Source of the DNA: Heptranchias perlo
Taxonomy: Eukaryota
DNA length: 64,000 nucleotides
Direction: 5' to 3'
Assembly (NCBI RefSeq): GCF_035084215.1
Contig: NC_090328.1
Location: forward strand, 105,896,001-105,960,000
In this document: positions 50,125-62,109 of the stretch, in pieces
Layout of the letters: the number at the start of each line of letters is the position of its first letter
How positions within the stretch are numbered: position 1 is the first letter of the stretch
Translations under genes and position numbers: made by a program
Notes under the pieces: generated by a model
What the model saw: only the letters and a program-made list of their open reading frames with translations
The model's database searches: none
Told to the model about the DNA's origin: nothing

Positions 50125-52660
50125 GTGATCATTTTAGCCGATGGTTTCCTAGGTCTACCAGTTCTATGAGATGCAACCCCAATGGCTTGAGCAGAGCTGG
50201 TGGTAGGCTGCTGTATATCTTCTGAGATGCTCGCGGCCAATGACCTCTGAGGGCTGGAGCCAGTGAGGGCCCTGCTACAGACTGCTGCTCCTGGACTTCT
50301 GCCAGGGCAGTCTGGGGCAGCACAAGTTCAAGCAGCATGTTGGGTATTGGTTGAGGGTGTGGCAAGGGGGGAGAGGTGCAGACATCCTGAGAGAGATCTT
50401 CACTTAGTGTGCCCATTCCGCCAACCTCCCTCCCTTGAGGCAGCAGCATCTCAGTCCTGCTGGTCTGCAGGAGGGCAAACTGGAGGAGATGAATGATACA
50501 TTAGAAGCCTCGATCTACTCTGTCCACCAGCTTCTGTAAGGCGGAACAGACGTTGGAGCCCAGAGTCTGTATTGCAGCCATTTATAGCCTCTATCAAGAC
50601 CGCAAATGGTGGTAACACTGATTCCTGCTGTGAGGGCCCAGCTGCAGAGGTGGCCACATGCCCCAGGGTAGATTGCAGAGTTGAGAGCCCCTGCGAAAGC
50701 ACCTCACAGATGCTGGAAGTGAACTCCTCCATCCTCCCTGCCATAGTGGACAGAGTGTCTGGCAGGACTGTCAACACCTCACACAATTTTTCCGGTGTCT
50801 CCAGTATTTTCCTTTTCATGTTTGGCCCCCGAGTTTCACATCTTTGTTCTGCTGAGTACAGCTTGGAGAGGACGGTGCCCTCTTGCACACATTCTCCTCG
50901 GCTGTCCCTGCCACGAATATCTTCTCACTTGTGCTGTGGGACTCACCTCATGCCAGCCCGTCTATCTCACTAACACACCTACTCAATGTGCCAGTCTCTG
51001 CGCTGGTACCTACAACGCATTTAGCGTGTGACAGTGCTAACTCAGGAGGGATGAGGTCCTCTGAGGACTCTTCTTCTGCTGAGGGCAGGGACTCGTGCTG
51101 TTCATGTGAGGTCCCTGGAGGAAAGAAGAGCAGGTGAAGATTTAGCAATGATAGTTATAAAATGTAAGTGTCCACATAATGCACCTGTCAATACTGAGTG
51201 ATGTGTTGAAGTAGGCTGAATGTGCGGTTGGTTATGGGAGATGAGTGGGTGTAAGTTGAAATCAGTCACCCTGCTATGCGGATTTCATAATCTCTCCATC
51301 ATCAATGCTGAGGGTGTTACTCGTTCTGCTTATTTCAAGGGCCCCCTCCTCCTTCGTCGGGTCGCTTGCACGAAATCTGGGGGTCTTCCATTGGTCCTGG
51401 TCCTCTCCTTCAAGTTCTGTGCTTTCTTTTCCTGTAAAAGGGGTGGGACAGCATTATGAGTGGCTAGCGAGGATTTGTGATTCTTCAGTATGTAATGCAT
51501 AAGGTGAAAGGGAGAATCAGGCAGATGTTATAGGAGTGGGGATGTCATGCATTTATGGAAAGCGGCTACAGTGCGAATTGAAGAGCTTTGCTGAGAGTAA
51601 GTGCAGGTCAAACAGTTCAGAGGAGATACGATGAGGACGGAATTATTGGCAGCAGTGAAAGGAAGAAGCGGGAGGTAAGGATGTGTAAGGAGTGAGGATG
51701 AGAGGTGGTGCAGTGTACCCTTGTGATTGGAGGTGAGAAAAGTTATTCAGGTGTGAGGAATGGTATGAATGGTATGGGATGGACAAGGAGGAGTGGGAGG
51801 AGATGCACTGCAGGCGATGGTAAAGAACGACTTATATGATCTTTCCTGACCTACTCAGGTCATTGACCTGATCAGGTCTGGACTCAACTATTCCAATGTT
51901 CTCCTGGCCGGTGTCCCAACTTCCACCCTCCATAAACTTGAGCTCATTCAAAACTTTGCTGCCCATATCCTAACTCGCAACAACTCCCGTTCACCCATCA
52001 CACCTTTGCTCGCTGATCTACATTGGCTTCTGGTCCGGGAATACCTCAATTTTAAAATTCTCATCCTTGTTTTCAAATTCCTCCATGGCCTTGCCTCTCC
52101 CTCTCTCTGTAACCTCCTCCAGGCCTATAACCGTCCGCGATCTCTGCGCTCCTCCAATTCTTGCTCCTTGCGTATCCCTGATTTTAATCGCTTCTCCATT
52201 GGTGGCCGTGCCTTCAGCTGCCTAGGCCCCAAGCTTTGGAATTCCCTCCCGAAACCTCTCCACGTCTCTACCTCTCTCTCCCTCCTCCTTTAAGACACTC
52301 CTTAAAACCTACCTCTTTGACCAAGTTTTTGGTCAACTGTCCTAATATCTCCTTATGTGGCTCGGTGTCAAATTTTGTCTGATAATGCTCCTGTGAACAT
52401 TTTACTATTTTAAAGGCGAGATATAAATGCAAGCTGTTGTTGTCAAAACGTTTCCTGCACTGGATCCAGGACTTTGGCATAATGCTCCTCCTGCTCTCTT
52501 CCACAGCCACCTCAATCCAGGCCGCTTTCATGGTGGCAGCAGATTTCTTCTTTCTACTTGCGGGGAACAGCACATCCCTCCTGGCCCACACTGCACCCAG
52601 CAAGACCTCCAGGGAAACAGCAGAGAACCTGGGGGCCGCATTCTCAACTCTTTCCAGCTA
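50125..52660 (-). pseudogene. Harbinger Myb/SANT-like gene relic (multi-exon), convergent with the transposase
   Basis: Exon 1 LGAVWARRDVLFPASRKK..AWIEVAVE..WIQCRKRF (split by L2), exon 2 CAG|EKKAQNLKERTRT at ~51432, long last exon 51115-50125; TIR AATATCGGGGCC at 52932. Confidence 0.75.
51875..52445 (+). mobile_element. L2 LINE 3' fragment nested in Myb exon 1
   Basis: YSNVLLAG..LELIQN, LHWL, FKILILVFK, GGRAFSCLGPKLWNSLP; (TGT)n tail. Confidence 0.9.
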
Positions 52661-53894
52661 TGTCACTGATTTTTTACTGCACTTTCAAGTCAATGGACTC
52701 CTATCCCTCAGCCTCCCTTGCAGAGGTGGACTGAGACTTTAAATAGCGGTCAGGAAATTGCATCATGCAGGCGGGCGGCACACACGCAGACGTGTGATTC
52801 TGACGAGAAACCCAGAAGCATTATTTAAATGACACCTAGCCGTTAAAATCGGCCAGGCTTCCACGTTGTGGGCTCGTCATCTGCCACCTCCCTCACATGC
52901 TCCGTTCCCGTCTCCGAGTAAATATCGGGGCCATTTTCTCTACAATTTTACCTTTCAAACATGAGCTTCCTCGAGAGGCTTTGCTTTGCCTGTCTCAGGT
53001 AGATTGACTTTGAGAGGCTGTGAAAAGTGACTGGGGGGAAGGAGTTGAATGAATTCATTCCTGAATTGCTTAAGCATGCCTTGAGGGAGCTCACTGATTG
53101 AAATATTTTAAAACCTTGTTGTTTTCATTTGAGGAAGGCTGCTTGATCTGTACAAAGACCCATGGGGAATGAACAGTAGGGGGCCACAATGAGACAGCGA
53201 GAAAAAGATATCCAGGAAATGCTGTGAATCTTAAGTACAGGATCAAAAAAAAATTGTAAAATCTGAAAGAAAATGAAAAAGGTAGAAAGAGAAGTGAATT
53301 GAAATCATCCCTCGAAAATATTTTTTTATGAGAATAAATGGCAGGTAATAATAAAAGAATTACCTACGATAATAAAATAAATGGCTAATTTAGAAATGAC
53401 AGAAAGAAGAAATAGGAAAGCTTGTGAGAATGGATCTAATAAAGCGTTAGTGATTAAAATTTGAAGGGCAAAAGTATAAAGTAACACAGGAAATTCAAAA
53501 TGAGAGGACAATAAAGAGATAGGTTCCTTCGGCCTTCGCCTTCGTCCCACAACTCGTAAAGCATAAAACTCCCAGGAAAGAAAACATTCAGATAAAAAGG
53601 AGTCAGAACAGGTTCTGAAATGAAGTGAGAAAAAGGGAACAAAACAAAAGGAGGAATTTCAAAACATTTGACAACATGAAACAGAAGGTAATGAGACACA
53701 CTCACAATTGCTGCTAGCATCCTAAGTTTTGCACAAATTTGACACAAAATCATAACATTGAGTTGCCTACATTCACTTCATTTTCCTTCACTATCTCTTT
53801 CTTCGCCCAAGATGAACACAAATAATTGGTGTAATTGTGGACAGCTGGGACCAAAACAAAACCCAACAATCACGTGCATGTCACAAGGTTCATT

Positions 53895-54353
53895 GGTGTC
53901 AGCCTTGACTTGGAGCTAGCATTTTGCCTCTGAGTCAAAAAGTCACTGGTGCAAGCCCCACTCCAGAGGCTTGAGCCTAGGCTGACACATCAGTGCAGTA
54001 CCGAGGGAGCACTGCACCGTCAGAGGTGCCCTCTTCTAGATGAGGCGTTAAACCGAGGCCCCATAACCACTCTCAAGTGGACGTAAAAGATCCCATGGCA
54101 CTTTTTGAAGAGGAGCTGGCCAACCTTTATCCCTCAAACAAAACCACCAAAAATAGGTCATCTGGTCATTTATCTCATTGCTAATCATATCTCATTGCTG
54201 TTAGTAGGACCTTGCCATGCAAAAATTGGCTTCCACTTTTCTTGCATTACAACAGTGACTACACTTCAAAACTACTTCACTGGGTGTGAAGCACTATGGG
54301 ACATGCTGAGTTCATGAAAGGCACTACGCGAATGCAAGTTTCTTCTTCTTTCT
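53895..54353 (+). mobile_element. DeuSINE
   Basis: GGTGTCAGCC head, Deu core, (TTC)n tail. Confidence 0.88.
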
Positions 54354-55039
54354 ATTGGGAGCGCACTATGTCTTCTTAATGGCATGAGACCAACCAATTA
54401 GGCAAGTACATCGGAAAACAGAGTTAACCTCGATGCACATGACATTTACTCACCAAACATACTGGCTTCATCTAAGCAACAATGTAGATACAAGGGGCTC
54501 GATTTTAGGGTCGGGTTTCCGGCGGGTTCCCAGCGGGGTGGCCCCGAAAATCCCGATCTCCGGTCACGTGACCGGATTCGGATGAAATCCCGGCCACTTC
54601 CGGGTACCGCGCTGACGTGCGGGGCTGCGCGCGCAAGCCCCGCTGGTGGGAATCCCGCAGGCAATTAAAGCCAGCGGGGTTCCACTTGAGAGTACTTAAC
54701 TTGCTCGTTGTGGTCAGTTAATGAGCTGAAGCAGCTGTCAAAAGAGGAAGTGTGGGATTTTAGGTTCAACGCAGTCAGTTTCCCACACTGGGGGAAACAG
54801 ACTCCCTCCAACCAGGCGTGTTGCAGCCATCAGCCTGTGGCAGGTGCCAAGGTGCGCTCCACGGGGGAGAGCCCTCACCCACGCAGGAGGCCACCGCGTC
54901 ACATAGGGCAACCCCTGCCCTCCACCACCCCCCGCCAAGCCAGAGGACAGACCGACACAAAACCGCAGCCCCAGTCCGAGGAACCACACACCTACCCTGC
55001 ACAACCCCTCAGACCAACACCTGCCAGTTGGGTGGTGTG

Positions 55040-55501
55040 TGGACACCCTCGGAGGACGAAGAGCATGACCAGCACCAGCAGCCTCGCAGTCCACGCCGTC
55101 CGCCGCAGAGACGTGGATCCCCCCAACACGGTGTTGTTGCACGCCCACCTGCACAGCAGGAGGGAGGGCTACCGCAGAGAGAGACGCGTCGCAGAGGGCA
55201 CTACCCTCGCCACAGGGTCCACAGACCGAGGCGCAGCTCCCCGGACCTCTCCGAGCAGCAGTGCACAGGGAGGCGCAGATTCGCTCGACATGTAGTCGTG
55301 GAGATCTGCAGCCTCTTTCATGCCGAGCTGCTCCTGGCTGGCCCCAGCACCAACTGCTTACCTGTCGCTGGCAAAGTCACCACTGCCCTCCACACCTTCT
55401 CCTCCGCATCCTTCCAGGGTGCAGCCGGCTACACCGCCGATGTCTCTCAGTCGTCTGCGCGGACGAGCCCTGCAAATACACCTGCACCTACTCTGCAGTA
55501 A
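55040..55501 (+). pseudogene. Truncated Harbinger transposase N-terminus
   Basis: HYPRHRVHRPR..DLSEQQC..LPVAGKVTTAL..SASFQ..VSQSSA; no DDE core follows. Confidence 0.8.
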
Positions 55502-56029
55502 CATGATGGGTGGCATCAGTGGTGGGTCCTCATAGTGATACCCAGGAGCGGGCATTATTGGACACAACGGACAGGATTCGCGGAGACATGGCAGTGGTGG
55601 TGTCAATATAATGTGTGCGGTTTGTTGCTCTGAAATTCAATATGGGTAACACCCATGACAAACCCTCAGACACCCTTGTGCACCCCCTTCATGCTGACGA
55701 GACGTTTGCCTTACGCTGCCTACTGCACATATGTGATGCATGCCCTGTGGCTGCAGCACAGGTGGTGGCAGGTTGAGTGAGGCTGACCGTGAGGGAGATG
55801 CACGAGAGGGTGAGTATGGGATGGAGCAATGAGATTGTATGAGGAGTGGGTTGCGTGTTAGTGGCAGGGTGAGTACTGGCGAGGTGAGTAGGTGGAGGTA
55901 AGATGAGGACGGGGTGTGAGTGGGTATGAAGGGTGATGTGACAGAATAGTGTTGGCGGTGCCGAAGGAGATTTGGGGTGGGGGCAGTGTTGTGGCAGACG
56001 GAGTGTAGGGGAAAGACTTTGTGTTCTCA

Positions 56030-56282
56030 CTGTGGCGGACCTACTGCGGTCATTGCAGCGCCTCCTGCACTGTATGCAGGTGGGCGATATGTTGGTGGTG
56101 CAGGTGACCCCCTCTGCCACCTCGAGCCAGGCCTTCTTGGTGGCAGAGGCAGGCCGCTTCCTCCCGCCCGCCGGGGGGAAGATCTGTGTCCTCCCCCTCC
56201 TCCTCACCCCATCTGATGATAGCTGGAGTGACGCATCATTAAACTGGGAGCAGCCTTCCCCCTGGGCTGCTCCATGCTGCAA
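56030..56282 (-). pseudogene. Harbinger Myb/SANT exon 1
   Basis: FNDASLQ..KKAWLEVAE..CIQCRRRCNDRSRS then GTGAG donor. Confidence 0.8.
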
Positions 56283-56359
56283 TTTGTCCCATTAGTTGCA
56301 GCATCTGTCAGTGGAGGACTGCCCCTTTAACTAGAGAGCCTCCAGCTGACAGATCGTAC

Positions 56360-56371
56360 TGCGCATGCGCA
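56360..56371. promoter_or_regulatory. NRF1-type palindrome upstream of the Myb gene
   Basis: TGCGCATGCGCA perfect palindrome, also at 63752-63763; function not shown. Confidence 0.5.
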
Positions 56372-58010
56372 GCCCGACTGACGCGCAGGCCAGCGCCGTG
56401 GACCCCGGAGGAGCAGGTAATTGATTCCTATTAGGGTGTTGCCTGCTACGATCGCGTGGGCAACCCACTAATTTCGCCGTCCGTGTTTTCGACTCTCCCG
56501 GAGGACCACCCGCTGGGAACCCGCAGGCCTGCTAAATTCGAGCCCAAGGTATCTATACAGGAATCTTGTTTCTTCTGGAAATTGCTTCTTATTTCTCCTC
56601 AAGTATTTTTTTTAATAATTACAGTACAAAAGTGAGTCAAACAGCACCAACTATTTTTGACTAAAGTGTACGATTTTATTTTTCTTTAGTCACAGTACAT
56701 GAAGGACTAAAACATGGTCCAGTCTATTCAATACACAACAGTTCAGGAAACATGAGGTGTCTGGTGCAGGTATGAAGAAGACTTCCATATGTAATTGTCT
56801 TATATTGCCAACCCTGGTAAGCAGCTGCTTTGCCCATTGTTTTCGAAGTGTGCTTACTAATAGACATTAATTGGATTGTCTCTGCAGCTATTAGCTAGGC
56901 TGAACATTTGGCCAGCTGCCAGGCGCGAGGCGACCCTACAATAAGTTCATGAGGCCCTGCCATTAAGATCAGCAGGGCCTCCTTCTCCCACACCCTCCCC
57001 GGCTGCAGAATTCTTGTTTTATTGAGGCAAGGCATGGTTTATTTACGTAAAATACATGAATGTATCCAGTTTTAACAGTGCAAACATATATTCCTACCCT
57101 CCTCAGGTTATGAAAACAATAATGATGTCATTTGATTTCTTTCTAAACATGGACTTATCTTCACCAGCTTAACCCCAGAAAGCTAAACTGGTTCAGACTT
57201 TTAAAATACAGAACCTTTTTGCTACTGGCTGCTGAATTCACAGTTCACCCTGTGTCTGAGCGAGAGACTGCCTGCACTTTAAACTGTGTGCGGACAATAT
57301 ACCTTTCATGATTTAATTAACCCAGAATGGCTATTTCACTGAATGAGGACAGGGAAGAGAATTGTTTTGGATCGTCTAAAATGCCCATTAATGCATGTGA
57401 CCATTTGAGCTAACTAACCCCAGGTCTTTCCATTGTTCACAGCTATAGTAACTTGCATAAGTAGGCAATTACATTGTTATCACGCCTATGGTCAAGGTGT
57501 GACCTCTCTCCCTCTAAAGAGCCTTGGGTGACCCAGATTTTGCTCTTTATGTGCTAATATGAGAAGAAGAGAATTATTGTAAGTATAAAAAATCAAACAC
57601 ATGCAAAATCCAATTTGCCACACTACTAAGTCTATTTGACCTCTTTTACACATTATTCTCAATGACAGATCATGTTAGACTATATACTGACTTCCATTTA
57701 GCATGAAACAAAAGCCTTTTCCTACCCCAAAGATAGTGAGCTAGGGTGAATATTAAACTTCATCAGAGTTTATGAGCTTCAACTAAAGTGATTGCTCCTC
57801 TTTATTGGATTCAGTAGGACCCAGGTCATACACAGCCCTTCTTTTCTTGACTGGTAGAACTCCTCCAGTACAAATAGCTGTTGCATCACTCAATCCCCTT
57901 AAGCAGCCAGATGTTCTGAAAATTAAAAAAAATATCTCCAGGATAGGAAGCATTAACATTGGCTTTGAATAGCCTGATCGCACTTACATTCATTAATGAA
58001 AAAGATAATT

Positions 58011-58772
58011 GGCCGGATCTCGCTGGAAAAGTATCGGCGTGTTAATGATACACACCGTTATTAATGTGCAAATCGGCCAGAAAATTCAGGGGATGAAGAG
58101 ACACGCTGTGAATTGTGAATCTCCACAACTTGCTGCTTGATTTATGCAATTTCATCGTTTGCTCTGCATAAATGGCATCTCGTCCTTAGCCTCCCCGTTA
58201 TTTTTAAGAACTTGCTGGATTTGCACATTAATTGCCTAGTAAACTCGTCACAGAGAATTAGGGCTGGAATTTATCAGCGTAATTACCTTTTTAACGATGT
58301 GATAATTGTTAAGGCAATGCCAATCAACCTCTCGGGCCCAGAAAGGGAACAATTGAAACTGTTCAGTCTCATTCCTGCATGTGTTCAATTGTTGTTAAGA
58401 AATTTTAAAAATATCAAATTTTTATTTATTTTTTCTTAATTTTCCTTACTATCTCTTTCTTCTCTCTCTCTTAATCCCATCTTTGTTTCCTTCTCTTTAT
58501 TTCTCCTTCTATACCTGATTTGACTCTAAATCACCCTCCTTCTCTGTCATTGCCCTGTTTCTTTCTCAATCATTAAATCTCATTGGTTAAGGAGATACAT
58601 TGTTGGCCCATCGTTCACTAAAGTCCCAGATGCCTCGTTGCCCTCGCCGTGCCATTACCAGCTCGCACTTCCAGCAAATTAGGACACCAAAAATTTTTGA
58701 GCTGAAAGGTGCAGGAAAAAGTCTAACTAATGGCATACACAATGAGATATCCCACTCCAGCAAGATCTGGCC
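58011..58772. mobile_element. MITE, same family as 1878-2643 (inverted)
   Basis: TIR GGCCGGATCTCGCTGGA / TCCAGCAAGATCTGGCC. Confidence 0.78.
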
Positions 58773-58858
58773 AATGTGTGACAACATGTCACTTTGTGAA
58801 TTCACAGCCAATTATAGACTTAACACGACAACTACCAACAGCCAATAGCATTATTATT

Positions 58859-59072
58859 CAAATGTAAGGAATCTTACAACACCAGGTTATAGTCCAACAG
58901 TTTTATTTGAAAATCACAAGCTTTCGGAGATTATCTCCTTCGTCAGGTGAGTGACGAAGGGGATAATCTCCGAAAGCTTGTGATTTTCAAATAAAACTGT
59001 TGGACTGTAACCTGGTGTTGTAAGATTCCTTACATTTGTCCACCCCAGTCCATCACCGGCATCTCCACATCA
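58859..59072. mobile_element. Penelope-like insertion with inverted termini (87-bp arms)
   Basis: Arms 58859-58945 / 58952-59038 with 2 mismatches; flanked by duplicated TTATTATTCAA. Confidence 0.85.
58914..58950 (-). ncRNA. Minimal hammerhead-ribozyme-like motif
   Basis: TCAC-CTGACGA-A-GGAGA-TAA-TCTCC-GAAA-GCTT-GTGA: conserved CUGANGA and GAAA boxes around helix II. Confidence 0.6.
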
Positions 59073-59184
59073 TTATTATTCAATATTGCAATAACAAAAT
59101 GCAGGTACAGTAAACACTTTCATCTGCAACATTAGCATTTCAAAAGCAAAGCTGTGTTAAATTTAAGATTGCAGTACACAGGAT

Positions 59185-59478
59185 TGATGTGGAGATGCCG
59201 GTGATGGACTGGGATGGACAAATGTAAGGAATCTTACAACACCAGGTTATAGTCCAACAGTTTTATTTGAAAGTCACAAGCTTTCAGAGATTATCTCCTT
59301 CGTCAGGTGAGTGAGTGAAAGGTTCTCAAATCGCATACCTTATATTAGGCTGGGACACGATAACACCAATCAAAGGTGTCGTTGGTGTTCAGACAGGTTA
59401 GCCACGGAAAACAGTACATCCCAGTATACTGAATACACAGTGGGTCAGATTACAAAGCCAGAGAGAGAAAGAGACCCG

Positions 59479-59511
<33 letters not shown>

Positions 59512-59585
59512 ATGTCCAGTTGTATTAAAAACAGATAACTTTATTTTTTCTTCCCGCTGGTGGGGTTACGTGTAGCGTAACCTGT
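59185..59585 (-). mobile_element. Second Penelope-like 3' end, same family
   Basis: Near-identical to 58859-59072 over ~125 nt; flanked by duplicated AGTACACAGGATTG (59173-59186, 59586-59599); (GA)n tract inside; hammerhead-like motif at 59274-59310. Confidence 0.85.
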
Positions 59586-59709
59586 AGTACACAGGATTGT
59601 GATAGAAACCCTAACCCTAAACCTAATTCTTCCTGCTAGAAATGCTGTCAGCAGAAGTGAGGGGAGAGTATTTCACACCCATGAAATATTCAAAAACATA
59701 ATTACAACA

Positions 59710-60370
59710 GATAACAACAACAACAACAATTTGCATTTATATAGCGTCATTAATGTAGTAAAATGCTCCAAAGTGTTTCACAGGAGCAATTATCAAATAA
59801 CATTTGACACCGAGTCACATAACGAGATATTTGGACAGGTGACCAAAAGCTTCATCAAAGAGGTAGATTTTAAGAGTGTCTTAAAGGAGGAGAGAGAGGT
59901 AGAGAGGCGGAAAGGATTAGGGAGGGAATTCCAGAGCTTAGGGCCTAGGTAGCTGAAGGCAAGGCTGCCAATGGTGGAGCGAAGAAAATCGCGATGCAGA
60001 AGACGCCAGAAGTGGAGGAGCACAGAGATCTCAGAGGGTTGCAGGACTGGAGGAGGTTACAGAGATAGGGAGTGGCGAAGCCATGGAGGGATTTGAAAAC
60101 AAGGATGAGAATTTTAAAATCGAGGCTTTGCTGGACCGGGAGCCAATGTAGGTCAGTGAGAACAGGACTGATGAGTGAATGGGATTGGTGTGAGCTACGA
60201 TACAGGCAGCAGAGTTTTGGATGAGCTCAAGTTTATGGAGGGTGGAAGATGGGAAGCCGGCCAAGAGAGCATTGGAATAGTCGAGTCTAGAGGTAACAAA
60301 GGCATGGATGAGGGTTTCAGCAGCAGATGAGCTGAGGCAGGGGCGGAAACGGGCGATGTTACAGAGGTGT
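59710..60370 (-). mobile_element. L2 LINE 3' fragment
   Basis: AETLIHAFVTSRLDYSNALLAG..LELIQNSAA; GPKLWNSLP; (AAC)n tail at 59713. Confidence 0.92.
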
Positions 60371-60954
60371 AACATTGTGTAACATTGTTGCAATTTGTGC
60401 ATTTCCCATTACTCTTTATTTATTTGCTCTATAATAGTCAGCTTCCATAGGCAACTCTCTGCTTCCTATCAACAGATAATAGGCCACAAAGTGAACAATG
60501 AATCTTTATACTGTGGGGATATGTACTGGAAATATATGGGATGCCGCTATAGATTCCTAATCTCTTTGAACAGGTGGAAAAACATTTTGCTAACCAGCCA
60601 TGTAGCTCAGGCTAAACGATTAAATTGGATTATTGATAAAAAGTAAAATTATGCAAAGGCAAGACCAGACAGCAGATTTGATAGTAATACTTAATTTTCA
60701 GAGCGATAGTAGTCTTTTCTCTTGGTTCAACATAATAAATAGTTTAAGATTCTTAGAGTCCTTTTATCGGAATTCTTTAACTGAGCTTACATGATGTAAA
60801 CGGCCTGGAAGCAAAATCGGGTTCCAGCTCACTGCAGGGACATGGAACAAAATGTTCGAATCATATGAATTGCCAAACTGGCCAAAGACTAATGATGGGG
60901 CAACAGAGTTCATTTGGCGGGGGGGGGGGGGGGGAGGGTGGCGGGGGGTGTTGT

Positions 60955-61205
60955 AGGATTATAGGAGGTGTCAGAAATAGGCAGTGGTGAAGTCATGTAA
61001 TGATTTAGATACAAGGATGATCATTTTACTTGTGGAAATGTAGGAGAGTGTAAGCCTAAATAGATAAAGAAGAATGGGACTGATGGGCGAGTGGCACTCA
61101 GTGTGGTATAGGAGATGGGCTATGGAAATTTAGATGAGCAGAAGTTTTTTAAGGGTAGAAGATGGGAGAATGGCCAGGAGAACATTGAAGTAAGCAAGCC
61201 CAGAG
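60955..61205 (-). mobile_element. Degraded L2 fragment
   Basis: Collinear weak similarity to 60050-60290. Confidence 0.5.
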
Positions 61206-61459
61206 GTGCCTGCCCAATCAGGAGGCAGGTTGCTGGGTCAGCAGTCTCAAATAATTAGCTTATCTGTGCAGGCTTGTGATCCTTGACAACTGCTTGATAG
61301 AAATTTCCAAAAGGAAATGTCCTTTCTTCTGCGAAGGATCTATAACTTAGTTAGCAGGGTTAGTTAGGATTGGAAGTCGACTAGCTGTAATATGTGGCCC
61401 CTGACAAAGGGAGGGGAACTAGGCACGCTCCAGGGCAAAGTGGAAAATTGCCCAGGCAT

Positions 61460-61957
61460 GTCCCTTCCACAAAAAGCAGGACAAATCCAATCCAGCCAAT
61501 TACCGCCCATCAGTCTACTCTCAATCATCAGCAAAGTGATGGAAGGTGTCATCAACAGTGGTATCAAGCTGCACTTACTCACCAATAGCCTGCTCACTGG
61601 TGCTTAGTTTGGGTTCCGCCAGGACCACTCAGCTCCAGACCCCATTACCTTGGTCCAAACATGGACAAAAGGGCTGAATTCCAGAGGTGAGGTGAGAGTG
61701 ACTGCCCTTGACATCAAGGCAGCATTTGACCGAATGTGGCATCAAGGAGCCCGAGTAAATTTGAAGTCAGTGGGAATCAGGGGTAAACTCTCCAGTGGCT
61801 GGAGTCATACCTAGCACAAAGAAAGATGGTAGTGGTTGTTGGAGGCCAATCATCTCAGCTCCATAACATTGCTGCAGGAGTTCCTCAGGGCAGTGTCCTA
61901 GGCCCAACCATCTTCAGCTGCTTCATCAAAGACCTTCCCTCCATCATAAGGTCAGAA
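61460..61957 (+). mobile_element. Internal fragment of the Zenon-like LINE RT
   Basis: [33 protein letters not shown]; stop codon and frameshifts; both ends truncated. Confidence 0.9.
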
Positions 61958-61959
61958 GA

Positions 61960-62105
61960 CTGAGGATGACAGATTTTTATTAGGTAAAGGTATCATGGGA
62001 TATGGATCTCAGGAGGGTAAATTAAGTTGTGGTACAGATCACCATCATCTAATTGAATGGCGGAACAGGCTTGAGGGGCTGAATGGCCGACTCCTGTTCC
62101 TATAA
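61960..62105 (+). mobile_element. CR1 3' end
   Basis: GGCTTGAGGGGCTGAATGGCC.ACTCCTGTTCCTAT tail. Confidence 0.8.
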
Positions 62106-62109
62106 AAAT

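Larger units (their letters stand above)
54495..56545. mobile_element. Complete internally deleted Harbinger transposon (2051 bp)
   Basis: TIR GGGCTCGATTTTAG / CTAAATTCGAGCCC, exact TSD AAG; transposase N-terminus on + (to 55501) and Myb exon 1 on - (56282-56030). Confidence 0.92.

Noticed and set aside
58859-59330. CRISPR-like or bacterial repeat array
   Set aside because: Eukaryotic context; repeats are Penelope-like termini without unique spacers.
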